Below are positions 38,784 through 50,000 of a stretch of 64,000 bases of DNA, one piece after another. Below the pieces are notes generated by a model. The model did no database searches. It was given only the letters and a program-made list of their open reading frames with translations, and was not told the DNA's origin. Each line of letters begins with the position of its first letter. The first letter of the stretch is position 1. Location of the stretch: IMG/VR virus record IMGVR_UViG_3300023049_000005, positions 124,001 to 188,000 of that record; one strand, written 5' to 3'. The translations under genes and the position numbers were made by a program.

Positions 38784-38868
38784 GCTAATGTCGCATAGTT
38801 GGTCGATTGCACTCCCCTTGTAAGGGAGAACTGAAAAGACATCGGGGGTTCGAATCCCTCCATTAGCT
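38784..38868 (+). tRNA. tRNA-Thr (TGT) with extended variable region
   Basis: GCTAATG/CATTAGC, CTCCC-CT TGT AA-GGGAG. Confidence 0.85.
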
Positions 38869-38876
38869 CAAAATAT

Positions 38877-38950
38877 AGCCTATTAGCTCAGGGGTTCAGA
38901 GCGTCTGTTTTACACGCAGAAAGTCGGTGGTTCGAATCCACCATAGGCTA
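38877..38950 (+). tRNA. tRNA-Val (TAC)
   Basis: AGCCTAT/ATAGGCT, TCTGT-TT TAC AC-GCAGA. Confidence 0.92.
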
Positions 38951-39057
38951 CTAATGGGGTAGGCACTTAAACGAGTACCTAAAAATAAAGCACCTATGGT
39001 GTGTTCGTTTAAGTTTGATAGGAATGTGGTGTTTGTCGTTCCTTGATAAGAAACTAT

Positions 39058-39131
39058 GCCGATGTAGCTCAGTTGGTCAGAGCAGTTGATTTGTAATCAA
39101 CGGGTCGGGGGTTCGAATCCCTCCATCGGCT
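39058..39131 (+). tRNA. tRNA-Thr (TGT), canonical
   Basis: GCCGATG/CATCGGC, GTTGA-TT TGT AA-TCAAC. Confidence 0.95.
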
Positions 39132-39139
39132 CAAATTAT

Positions 39140-39223
39140 ATCCCTATGGTGTAATTGGTGACATCCTTGTTTTACATGCAAGAGACGTGAAGTATAATCT
39201 TGGTTCGAGTCCAAGTAGGGATA
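39140..39223 (+). tRNA. tRNA-Val (TAC) with extended variable region
   Basis: ATCCCTA/TAGGGAT, CTTGT-TT TAC AT-GCAAG, 16-nt variable region. Confidence 0.82.
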
Positions 39224-39230
39224 CAAATAA

Positions 39231-39370
39231 GTGTGTGGTCTATATACCTTAATATGATCTAGATAGTATTAAGAAGAATTGGTTAGACAAAAACTGTGAA
39301 AAGTTATGTATATAGTCTAGGATAGATATATGAATTTAACAGGGCGTGAGTTCGATTCTCACCACATGCT
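39231..39370 (+). ncRNA. tRNA-like RNA (acceptor stem + T-arm, large non-tRNA core)
   Basis: GTGTGTG/CACATGC acceptor with G3:U70, GTGAG-TTCGATT-CTCAC T-arm, internal stems ctatatac/gtatatag and cttaatat/gtattaag. Confidence 0.55.
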
Positions 39371-39377
39371 CAAATAT

Positions 39378-39451
39378 TGCGAGGTAGCTTAGTGGTCTAA
39401 AGCACTTGAGTCATAACCAAGAGATCGAGGGTTCGAATCCCTCTCTCGCAA
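39378..39451 (+). tRNA. tRNA-Met (CAT)
   Basis: TGCGAGG/TCTCGCA, CAT anticodon, A.C mismatch closing the anticodon stem. Confidence 0.82.
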
Positions 39452-39464
39452 CTATATAGTATAT

Positions 39465-39550
39465 GTCGGTGTGACCTGAGTGGCGAAGGGTGTGGACTGC
39501 AAATCCATAGAACGAAAGTTCCATCGTAGGTTCGAGTCCTACCACCGACT
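39465..39550 (+). tRNA. tRNA-Cys (GCA) with long variable arm
   Basis: GTCGGTG/CACCGAC, GTGGA-CT GCA AA-TCCAT, gaac-gaaa-gttc variable stem, U73. Confidence 0.88.
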
Positions 39551-39620
39551 CTAAGTAGTATTATAGTACATTAAGTTATTTTTACTATATTTGTAAAAAT
39601 AAACCAACAAAACTTTCATT

Positions 39621-39893
39621 ATGTTATTTAATCCAAGTCTATTATATCCAACTATATTGTTGAGCCTAGTTTTTTTATCAATAGTTAAAATATTAGATAA
39701 AAAAGCCAATAAAGAAACTTTAACGGTCATATTATCTATGGTTAGTGGTTCTGTGTTTATGATGATTCTTACTATAAGTGTAGCTAGGTTCATTTTATTA
39801 AATGATATGTGGATAGTCCTAGTATATGGTATCGGAACAGGTATCAGTAAATATTTATATATCTATTTATGTAAAAAGTATAATATTAAATAA
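39621..39893 (+). CDS. Small membrane protein
   Basis: 90 aa, three hydrophobic segments. Confidence 0.65.
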   Translation: MLFNPSLLYPTILLSLVFLSIVKILDKKANKETLTVILSMVSGSVFMMILTISVARFILLNDMWIVLVYGIGTGISKYLYIYLCKKYNIK

Positions 39894-39929
39894 GTTTTAG
39901 TATATTTGTATTGATAAACAAATTAAAAC

Positions 39930-40003
39930 GGGCCCTTAGCTCAGTTGGTTAGAGCAACTGACTCATAATCAGTAGGTCGATGGTTCGAGTCCATCAGGGC
40001 CCA
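39930..40003 (+). tRNA. tRNA (CAT), likely Ile2 (lysidine) type
   Basis: GGGCCCT/AGGGCCC, ACTGA-CT CAT AA-TCAGT; own TATATTTG box at 39901. Confidence 0.9.
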
Positions 40004-40024
40004 CTTAACTAAAAACAAACAACT

Positions 40025-40453
40025 ATGAAAACTATTACAAAGATTTTTTTTATTATTATCTTTTTATTCTCACTTACTTCTAGTGTTTACTCACAAAGAG
40101 TAAAGAATGGAACTAAAATGGAAGCCTTATTAGAAATGGTCAAGACTGACTTAGATGTTAATAGTGAACAATGGGTACAATGTGATTGGCAAGAATCCTA
40201 TGCTACTATTGTACACAAAAGAGATAGTAATATGTTTATTGTATATGATAATGGGTTTATCAATACATACGATATAACAAAGACATATGATAAGAGAAAA
40301 GATGAAGATGGTGATATAACTAGAGAGTGGGACTGTGTTTCGGAAAATGGCGAAAGGGCTACTATAAAGCTAGTTATTTTAAAGTCTTTTAATAGAGAGA
40401 AACAACTTTATATAGAGCTACCTAACAAAAAAATTGCTTATCATTTAAAATAA
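40025..40453 (+). CDS. Secreted/periplasmic hypothetical protein
   Basis: Signal peptide ending VYS-Q (Gln at +1 is common in Bacteroidota). Confidence 0.65.
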   Translation: MKTITKIFFIIIFLFSLTSSVYSQRVKNGTKMEALLEMVKTDLDVNSEQWVQCDWQESYATIVHKRDSNMFIVYDNGFINTYDITKTYDKRKDEDGDITREWDCVSENGERATIKLVILKSFNREKQLYIELPNKKIAYHLK

Positions 40454-40459
40454 TTTATA

Positions 40460-40726
40460 TTGAAAACATTTGTAGAAAAATTTATTACAGAAGAAAGTAG
40501 AACTGAACTTGATTTGGATTATCCAAATTATGAAGGTGATGTTCACAATGAGGTAATGATACCTCACAGCAAATTGGATTGGGCAGAAGCACCATCGATG
40601 GATATTGATGAAGCAATAAAAATTATTTCTAATATGAAAGAGAAAGGTGCTAACCGAGTTTATTTTTCTGCACATAGTGACCATCATGGATATTATTTCT
40701 ATGGTACACAATTAAAAGAGATTTAA
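40460..40726 (+). CDS. Hypothetical protein
   Basis: 88-aa ORF, TTG start. Confidence 0.6.
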   Translation: MKTFVEKFITEESRTELDLDYPNYEGDVHNEVMIPHSKLDWAEAPSMDIDEAIKIISNMKEKGANRVYFSAHSDHHGYYFYGTQLKEI

Positions 40727-41004
40727 GATATTCAACAAGATGATCTATCGCAAATATTTATATATTTGAGGAAGCTCAAGACATCATTGCTTAAGGTAGG
40801 AGAGAGTTTAATAATAAAGGAGAAGTCATAAAATAGGAAAGATACCAAAGACTTCGTTGGTAGATGCCTTTATCTCTCGTTTGTACTACCGAGGATGCAA
40901 CTCAAACAGATCTAGTGGGTGAGCAACACTAAAATGATCGGGTATGAGGCTTAGATAAATGATAGAATAGAACAGAATCTTGGCTACAATCAGTTGAATT
41001 TATC
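40727..41004 (+). ncRNA. rnpB: Compact RNase P RNA (bacterial A-type catalytic core, no P18/P19)
   Basis: P1 attcaac/gttgaat; P2 tctatcg/tgataga; P3; GAGGAAG; P4 agc(t)caaga 40773-81 / tcttggct 40978-85 with bulged U; P5 catc/gatg(caa); P6 pseudoknot ttgctta/tgagcaa; P7; P15-17 with GGU; tagataaatg and acagaa conserved regions. Confidence 0.85.
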
Positions 41005-41058
41005 ACTTAGATTAGCAATATTTTTATATATACAATATAAAAATATTGTGATATCTAA

Positions 41059-44000
41059 ATGACTCAAAGTGGGATGATAAAGGGGAAACAGATTAATATT
41101 GAAAGTATTAATTTAATACCAAACGAAAGCCCTTTAGCTTTAACTTCTTTTACCGTATCTACGGCATCTACGACATTTAGTGGAAAACAGATTATCAATT
41201 TAGAGTATTTAAACGATCAATTAGATTTAAAGATTGATATTACTCAAATAAACGATAATGCTACTTCTTCTACTTCTTCGTTATGGAGTGCTGATAAGAT
41301 ATATACTGAGATAACAGGATTAAGTCAATCAATCGATTCTGTTAGTATAAGTATATCAAATATACTGAATGATTTTATCACGGGATCTACTACAGGGTGG
41401 AGTTCTGAGAAAATTGATGAAGAATTAATTACATTAGAGAATAGTGTTAATATTAAAATTGATTCAGTAAGCATAAGTGTTGCTAATTTACTAAATGATT
41501 CAATCACAGGATCAACAACGGGTTGGTCTTCTGAGAAGATTAATAATGAGCTTGATTTAAAACTCGATGACAGCCAATTAAATGATGCAGCAGCCACGTC
41601 ATCTACTACATCATTGTGGAGTGTGAATAAGATATATACTGAATTACAAGCCATCGAAGCTAATGATTTACAAATAAATGACAATGCTACAAGTTCTACA
41701 ACTTCATTATGGAGTGCTAATAAGATATACACAGAGATACAAGGACTAAGTTCATCTGTTGATGCTAGAATTGATATAATAAATATCAGTGTATCTAATA
41801 TTGAAGGTGATATCATAGGTCTAAGTAATTCAATTGATAGTTTAAGTGTAAGTGTAGCCGATAACACAGCTAACATCGATTCTGTTAGTATAAGTGTTGC
41901 TAATATCTTAAACGATGGTATCACAGGATCTACAACAGGGTGGAGTTCTGAGAAAATAAACAACGAGTTAGATCTTAAATTAGATGATAGTCAGCTAAAT
42001 GATAGTATAATAGGTACTCTTTCTTTATGGAGTAGTGATAAGATAAGCAGTGAAATACAAGGGTTAAGTTCTTCTGTAAATACTAGAATAGACACCGTAA
42101 GCGCAAGTGTGATCGGTTTAAGTCAATCGGTTGATTCTCTAAGTCAAAGTGTAGCTACTAATACTACAAACATCGATTCAGTTAGTATCAGTGTAGCCAA
42201 CCTACTTAATGATAGTATCACAGGTTCAATAACAGGATGGAGTTCTGAGAAAATTGATGAAGAATTAATTACATTAGAGAATAATATTAATAGTCAATTA
42301 GATCTTAAATTAGATGACAGTCAGTTAAATGATACTATAGTGGGTACTGATTCTTTATGGAGTAGTGATAAGATAGATAGTGAGATACAAGGATTAAGTT
42401 CCTCTGTTAACACTAGAATAGATACCGTAAGTGCTAGTGTCATTGGATTAAGTCAATCAGTTGATTCGATAAGTATCAGTGTTACTAACAATACTAGTAC
42501 TATTACGGGATTAAGTCAATCTATTGATGTGATAAATGTTACTATTTCTAATATAGAAGGTGATATTACAGGATTAAGTCAGTCAATTGACTCAGTAAGT
42601 ATTAGTGTAGCTAACCTTCTTAATGACTCAATAACAGGTTCTACAACAGGTTGGAGTTCTGAGAAAATTGATGAAGAATTAATTACATTAGAGAATAATA
42701 TCAATAGTCAATTAGATCTTAAATTAGATGTTAGTCAATTAAATGATGCGGCTGCAACAAGCTCAACTACTTCATTGTGGAGTGTGAATAAGATTTATAC
42801 TGAATTACAAGCTATTGAAGCTAATGATCTACAAATAAATGATGCTGTTACTGCAACAGATAGTGTTTGGAGTTCTAATAAGATAGACAACGAACTAGAT
42901 CTTAAAGTAGACAAAACACAAATAGACGATGGTGGTACAGGTACTACATCGTTGTGGAGTGTGGATAGACTGTTGACTGAATTCGAATTAAAACTAGATG
43001 TTAGTCAATTAAATGATAGTATTATATCAGCAACGGGTCTATGGAGTAGTGATAAGATAAGCAGTGAAATACAAGGATTAAGTTCTTCTGTAAATACTAG
43101 AATAGACACCGTAAGTGCAAGTGTGATCGGTTTAAGTCAATCAGTAGATTCATTAAGTCAAAGTGTTGCTACTAATACTACAAACATCGATTCAGTTAGT
43201 ATCAGTGTAGCTAATATACTTAATGATAGTGTTACAGGTTCAACAACAGGATGGTCATCAAATAAGATAGATAGTGAGTTAGATTTTAAATTAGACGACA
43301 CACAATTAAACGATGTTGTTATAGGAACAAACTCATTATGGAGTTCTGATAAAATTAACAGTGAGGTACAAGGTTTGAGTTCTTCTGTGTATGCTGAAAT
43401 AGATTCTGTAAGTATAAGTGTCGCCAATCTATTAAACGATAGTATCACAGGATCAACAACAGGTTGGACATCACAAAAAATTGATAGCGAATTAGATCTT
43501 AAGCTAGATGTTAGTCAATTAAATGATGCGGCTGCAACAAGTTCTACTACCTCTCTTTGGAGTGTGAATAAAATTTACAACGAATTACAAGCTATTGATG
43601 CAGACCATCTACAAATAAATGACAATGCTACAAGCTCTACAACTTCTGTTTGGAGTGGTAATAAAGTTTATACTGAAATACAAGGATTAAGTTCTTCTGT
43701 ATATGCCGAAATAGATTCTGTTAGTATTAGTGTGTCTAATCTTCTTAATGATAACATTACGGGATCAACAACGGGTTGGTCTTCTGAGAAAATTGATGAA
43801 GAATTAATTACATTAGAGAATAATATTAATATTAAAATTGATTCAGTAAGCATAAGTGTTGCTAATTTACTAAATGACAGTATTACGGGATCAACAACAG
43901 GTTGGTCTTCTGAGAAGATTAATAGTGAACTTGATTTAAAACTAGATGATAGTCAATTAAATGATGTTGCTGCAACAAGCTCTACTACATCACTATGGAG

Positions 44001-47000
44001 CGTTAATAAAATTTATACTGAATTACAAGCTATTGATGCTGATCATCTACAAATAAACGATAATGTAACAAGCTCTACTACATCAGTATGGAGTGGTAAT
44101 AAAGTTTACACAGAGATACAAGGATTAAGTTCTTCTGTTAACACTAGAATTGATACAGTGAGCGCAAGTGTTATAGGATTAAGCCAATCAGTAGATTCAT
44201 TAAGTGTGAGTGTTTTTAATAACACCACTACTATAACAGGATTAAGTCAGTCAATTGATTCAGTAAGTATTAGTGTAGCTAATTTATTGAACGATTCAAT
44301 TACAGGATCTACTACAGGATGGTCTTCACAAAAGATAAACGATGAACTTGATCTTAAACTAGATGATAGTCAGTTAAATGATAGTGCTGCTACTAGTTCT
44401 ACTACTTCTTTGTGGAGCGTGAACAAGATCTATAATGAATTAGAATTAAAGCTTGATGATAGCCAAATCAATGACGCTGCTACTAGTTCTACTACCTCAT
44501 TATGGAGTAGTGATAAACTATATACTGAATTCGAAAACAAACTTGATACAAGTTTAACTAATAGTTACATTTTCTTAGGGTCACCACAAAATGTAGCAAC
44601 TCCTACCGAAACTGAAAAAATTTATATAAGCAGTGTTAGTGATGTACCATTAACAGAAGAATACTTATTCTTAAATGGGAACACAGTTACATTAGCTCAG
44701 AAAATAGAAAGTAATTTCCAAATTGCCGAAAGAACACAACAAGGTTGGATGGTTAGTAAAAGAAATGTCAATGAAGAAGTTATATTTGATATAGACGTAT
44801 CTTCTGCTTCTCTATTTAATACTGCATCAAACGAACTAGATATAAGTAATTACACAGGGGTTGATTCCTTAAATATCATAGATAGTACAACATCATCTCC
44901 TATATCAATAACTATATCTTCAATATCAGGTCTAGAAAGTGGTTATAATATAAACTTACGTTTAGAAGGACAGGGATCTATAACATTTGAAAACACATCT
45001 GCAACAGCAGCTAGTGTGGGGGATTTAATTTTATTTAATGATGAGAATAGAACGATAGTGGGTGGAACATATTCACAGGGTATAAATATTAAGAATAAAA
45101 ATGGTGTCAATTTAGAAATAGACCCACAATTTGATATTATAATAGACCAAGTAAATAGTAATATCAACGATAGTACAACATCGTCTACTACATCAGTATG
45201 GAGTGCTAACAAGATTTACACAGAATTACGAGCTATTGATGCTGATCATCTACAAATAAACGATAATGCAACAAGCTCTACTACATCAGTATGGAGTGGT
45301 AATAAAGTTTACACAGAGATACAAGGATTAAGTCAATCGATAGACAGTGTGAGTATTAGTGTAGCTAATATCTTAAATGATAGCATTACAGGATCTACTA
45401 CGGGATGGAGTTCACAAAAGATAAATAATGAACTCGACCTAAAACTAGACGACACTCAGTTAAATGATAGTATAATAGGTACTGATTCTTTATGGAGCAG
45501 TGATAAAATAAATAGTGAAGTGCAAGGTTTGAGTTCTTCTGTGAATTCTAGAATAGATACTGTAAGTGCTAGTGTAATAGATAACACAAACACTATAATA
45601 GGTCTAAGTAGCTCTGTTGATTCTTTAAGCCTGAGTGTATTTAATAACACAACCGATATTACAGGATTAAGCAATTCAATAGACATTATTAATGTTACTA
45701 TCTCAAATATAGAAGGTGATATTATAGGACTGAGCAATTCTATCGATAGTGTTAGTATTAGTGTGTCTAACTTATTAAATGATAGTATAACTGGTTCAAC
45801 AACAGGTTGGACTTCACAAAAGATTAACAATGAGTTAGATCTTAAATTGGATGATAGTCAATTAAACGATGCTGCTGCTACAAGTAGTACTACATCATTA
45901 TGGAGTGTGAATAAGATATATACTGAATTACAAGCCATTGATGCTAACGATCTTCAAATAAATGATAATATAACAGCTACGGATAGTGTTTGGAGTTCTA
46001 ATAAGATAGATAGCGAAATACAAGGATTAAGCTCATCTGTAAATACTAGAATAGACACAGTGAGCGCAAGTGTGATTGGTTTATCCCAATCAGTAGATTC
46101 ATTAAGTGTGAGTGTATTTAATAACACTACTGATATTACAGGATTAAGTCAATCTATTGATTCTGTTAGTATAAGTGTTGCTAATATCTTAAACGATGGT
46201 ATCACAGGATCTACAACAGGGTGGAGTTCTAATAAGATAGACAGTGAACTTGATCTTAAACTAGATGTTAGTCAATTAAATGATAGTATAATAGGTACTC
46301 TTTCTTTATGGAGTTCAGATAAGACTAACACAGAGATACAGGGGTTAAGTTCTTCTGTAAATACTAGAATAGACACCGTAAGCGCAAGTGTGATCGGTTT
46401 AAGCCAATCAGTAGATTCATTAAGTCAAAGTGTTGCTACTAATACTACAAACATCGATTCAGTAAGCATAAGTGTAGCTAATATCTTAAATGATAGCATC
46501 ACAGGTTCTACTACGGGATGGAGTTCTGAAAAGATAGATAACGAACTTGATCTTAAACTTGATGATAGTCAATTAAATGATGCTGCTGCGACGAGCAGTA
46601 CAACTTCGCTATGGAGTGTGAATAAGATTTATACCGAGCTACAAACTATTGATGCTGATCATTTACAAATAAATGATAACGCAACAAGCTCTACTACATC
46701 AGTATGGAGTGGCAACAAAGTTTATACAGAGATACAGGGATTAAGCTCATCGGTATACGCTGAGATTGATTCAGTAAGCATAAGTGTATCTAATCTTCTT
46801 AATGATAGTATTATAGGTTCAACAACAGGATGGACTTCACAGAAGATAAGTGATGAACTTGATCTTAAACTAGACGACACTCAAATCAATGACACGGCTA
46901 CTAGTTCAACTACTTCTTTATGGAGTAGTGATAAATTATATACAGAATTCCAAGGTAAATTGGGTACAGGATTAACCGAGAGTTATATATTCTTAGGTTC

Positions 47001-50000
47001 TGTGGGAAATATAGCTACTGAAACACCAACTGAAAAAATATATCCGATAAACGACAACGATGTTCTATTGACCGAAAGCTATTTGGCTCAATTTAGAAGT
47101 GATTTAAGTATCGGTCAAAAAGTAGAAACGGTTAATCAAATAGCCGAGAAGACTCCAAATGGTTGGTCAATTATAAAGAAAAACATTAACGAAGACTTAA
47201 TATATGATATTGATATATCTAATTCTAGTAATTATACTATTTCTTCAAATGAATTAAATATAAGTGATTACTTAGGTGTAGACACTTTAAATATTATAGA
47301 TGGTTCAACATCATCACCATTTTCTATAACAGTATCAACTATTGCAGGACTTTATGCTGATTTCAAAATTAGGTTTACTGTGGACACGGGTGGGGAAGTT
47401 ACTTTTGAACACACTGACTTGGCTACTGCGTCTTTTGATGATATAGTATTATCAAGTGGGGTAAATAAAACTATCACAGGAAGTACTTATAGTGATTATT
47501 TATCTATACAAAAAATAGATATAATAAATAAAGAAACGGATTTATCTTCTGATAGTATAACAAGTAATATAACAAATAATATTAGTAATAGTATCAATGA
47601 TGGTACTACTAGTTCTACTACATCACTTTGGAGTGCTAATAAGATATATACTGAATTACAAGCTATTGATGCTGATCATTTACAAATAATCGACAGTGTT
47701 ACTAGCTCTACTACTTCTGTTTGGAGTGGTAACAAAGTCTACACAGAGATACAAGGATTGAGTTCATCTATATTTGCTGAAATAGATTCAGTAAGTATTA
47801 GTGTGTCTAATCTTCTTAACGATAGTATTACGGGTTCTACAACAGGGTGGACATCACAAAAGATAAGCAATGAACTTGACCTTAAACTAGATGATACTCA
47901 AATCAATGACACAGCTACTAGTTCTACTACATCATTATGGAGTAGTAATAAATTATATACAGAATTTGAAAATAAATTAGATACAGGATTAACAGAAAGT
48001 TATATTTTCCTTGGTAATACAGCCAATGAATCAAGCAGAGTTCCAACATCTAAATTATACATAGATAACGTTAGTACAGATATACTAACAGAGACTTATG
48101 TGTCCAATAATTATTCCACTGCTTCAATAGGACAAAAGGTTGAGGCTAGTGACCAAATAGCAGAAAAGACACAAACCGATTGGATGATATCTAAGAAGAA
48201 TCACAACCAAGACATAGTTAAAGATCTAGATATATCTTCTGCTTCTTTATTTGCTACTTCTTCTAATCAAATGAACATTACACAATTCATTGGTGTGGAC
48301 ACTATAAACATAATTGATAGTAGCACTTCTTCTTTTTCTGCTACAATATCTACTATATTTGGATTGTTTGATAGATCTAGTGTTAAATTTAAAGTCACAA
48401 CAGGCGGTAGCGTAACATTTGAACATACAGACATAGCCTCTGCTTCTTTTTATGATATTAGCTTACTTAGTGGAGGAAATGTTACAATAATTGGAAGCAC
48501 ATATAGTGAGTTTTTAAGGTTACAAAAAATTAATAATATTAACATCGAAGAAGATAATGTGTCTTTAGGTGTCGGATCAGTAACTATAAATGATAGTTCT
48601 ACTAGTTCTACAACAGAAACATGGAGTGCCGATAAGATATACACAGAGATAACAGGTATATCTGCCTCTTTAAGCTCGGAGATAAACGATTCGATAACAG
48701 CAACAGATAGTACGTGGAGTAGTGATAAGATACAGACAGAAATAGATGATTCTAGTTTATATACATCAAACGGTACAATATCTTCTCCTAGGACAATATA
48801 TGGTAACGAAACACAATTAATATTAGATGGTGGTCAATTTGAGATTTGGGAAGGAATCGATACAACCGAGTATGGTGTTATTTTAAGAGAAAGTGGTGGT
48901 GGTATTAGAGGACAATTTGTATATGATGCGCTATCTAATACAACTAAACTCGAATTATTAAACGGAACAAGTAGTTTCTTCTTAGCTAATGGTGGAACTG
49001 TTAGTGTTAAAGGTGCATTCACTATTGATGATGACGATAATTCACATTATTTACAATTCTCAGCAGGATCGTTAACACAAAGTTTAACTTATGTTTTCCC
49101 TTCAGATTATGGAACGGATGGTCAAGCACTTATAACAGATGGTTCGGGAACATTAGATTGGATTACGGTTGCTACTAATTCACTTAGTATAAATGATAGT
49201 TCTACTAACTCTACTACTGAGGTATGGAGCGCAGATAAGACATATACAGAGATACAAGGTTTGAGTTCTTCTGTGTTTGGTGAAATTGATTCTGTTAGTA
49301 TTAGTGTATCTAATCTCCTTAATGATAGTATTACAGGTTCAACAACAGGTTGGACATCTCAAAAAATTAATAACGAACTAGATCTTAAACTAGATGATAC
49401 TCAGTTAAATGATGCGGCTGCTACTAGTTCTACTACATCTTTATGGAGTGTGAATAAGATTTATACAGAATTAGAATTAAAACTTGATGATAGTCAATTA
49501 AATGATGCTGTTACTGCAACAGATAGTGTTTGGAGTTCTAATAAGATAGACAACGAACTAGATCTTAAAGTAGACAAAACACAAATAGACGATGGTGGTA
49601 CAGGTACTACATCGTTGTGGAGTGTGGATAGACTGTTGACTGAATTCGAATTAAAACTAGATGTTAGTCAATTAAATGATAGTATTATATCAGCAACGGG
49701 TCTATGGAGTAGTGATAAGATAGATAACGAACTAGATCTTAAACTAGATGATACTCAGTTAAATGATGCGGCTGCTACTAGTTCTACTACTTCATTGTGG
49801 AGTGTGAATAAGATTTATACAGAACTAGATTTAAAACTAGACGATAGTCAGTTAAATGATACAATAACAACGACTAATTCATTATGGTCTTCAGACAAAA
49901 TAGATACCGAGTTAGACCTTAAGTTAGACGATACTCAGATTAATGATTCTGCTACAAATGTAAATATTTTATGGTCTTCTGATAAAATAGATACCGAGTT

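Noticed and set aside
39231-39370. Bona fide tmRNA
   Set aside because: Only 140 nt, U73, and no recognisable resume codon, tag ORF or pseudoknot series; kept only as a tRNA-like RNA.
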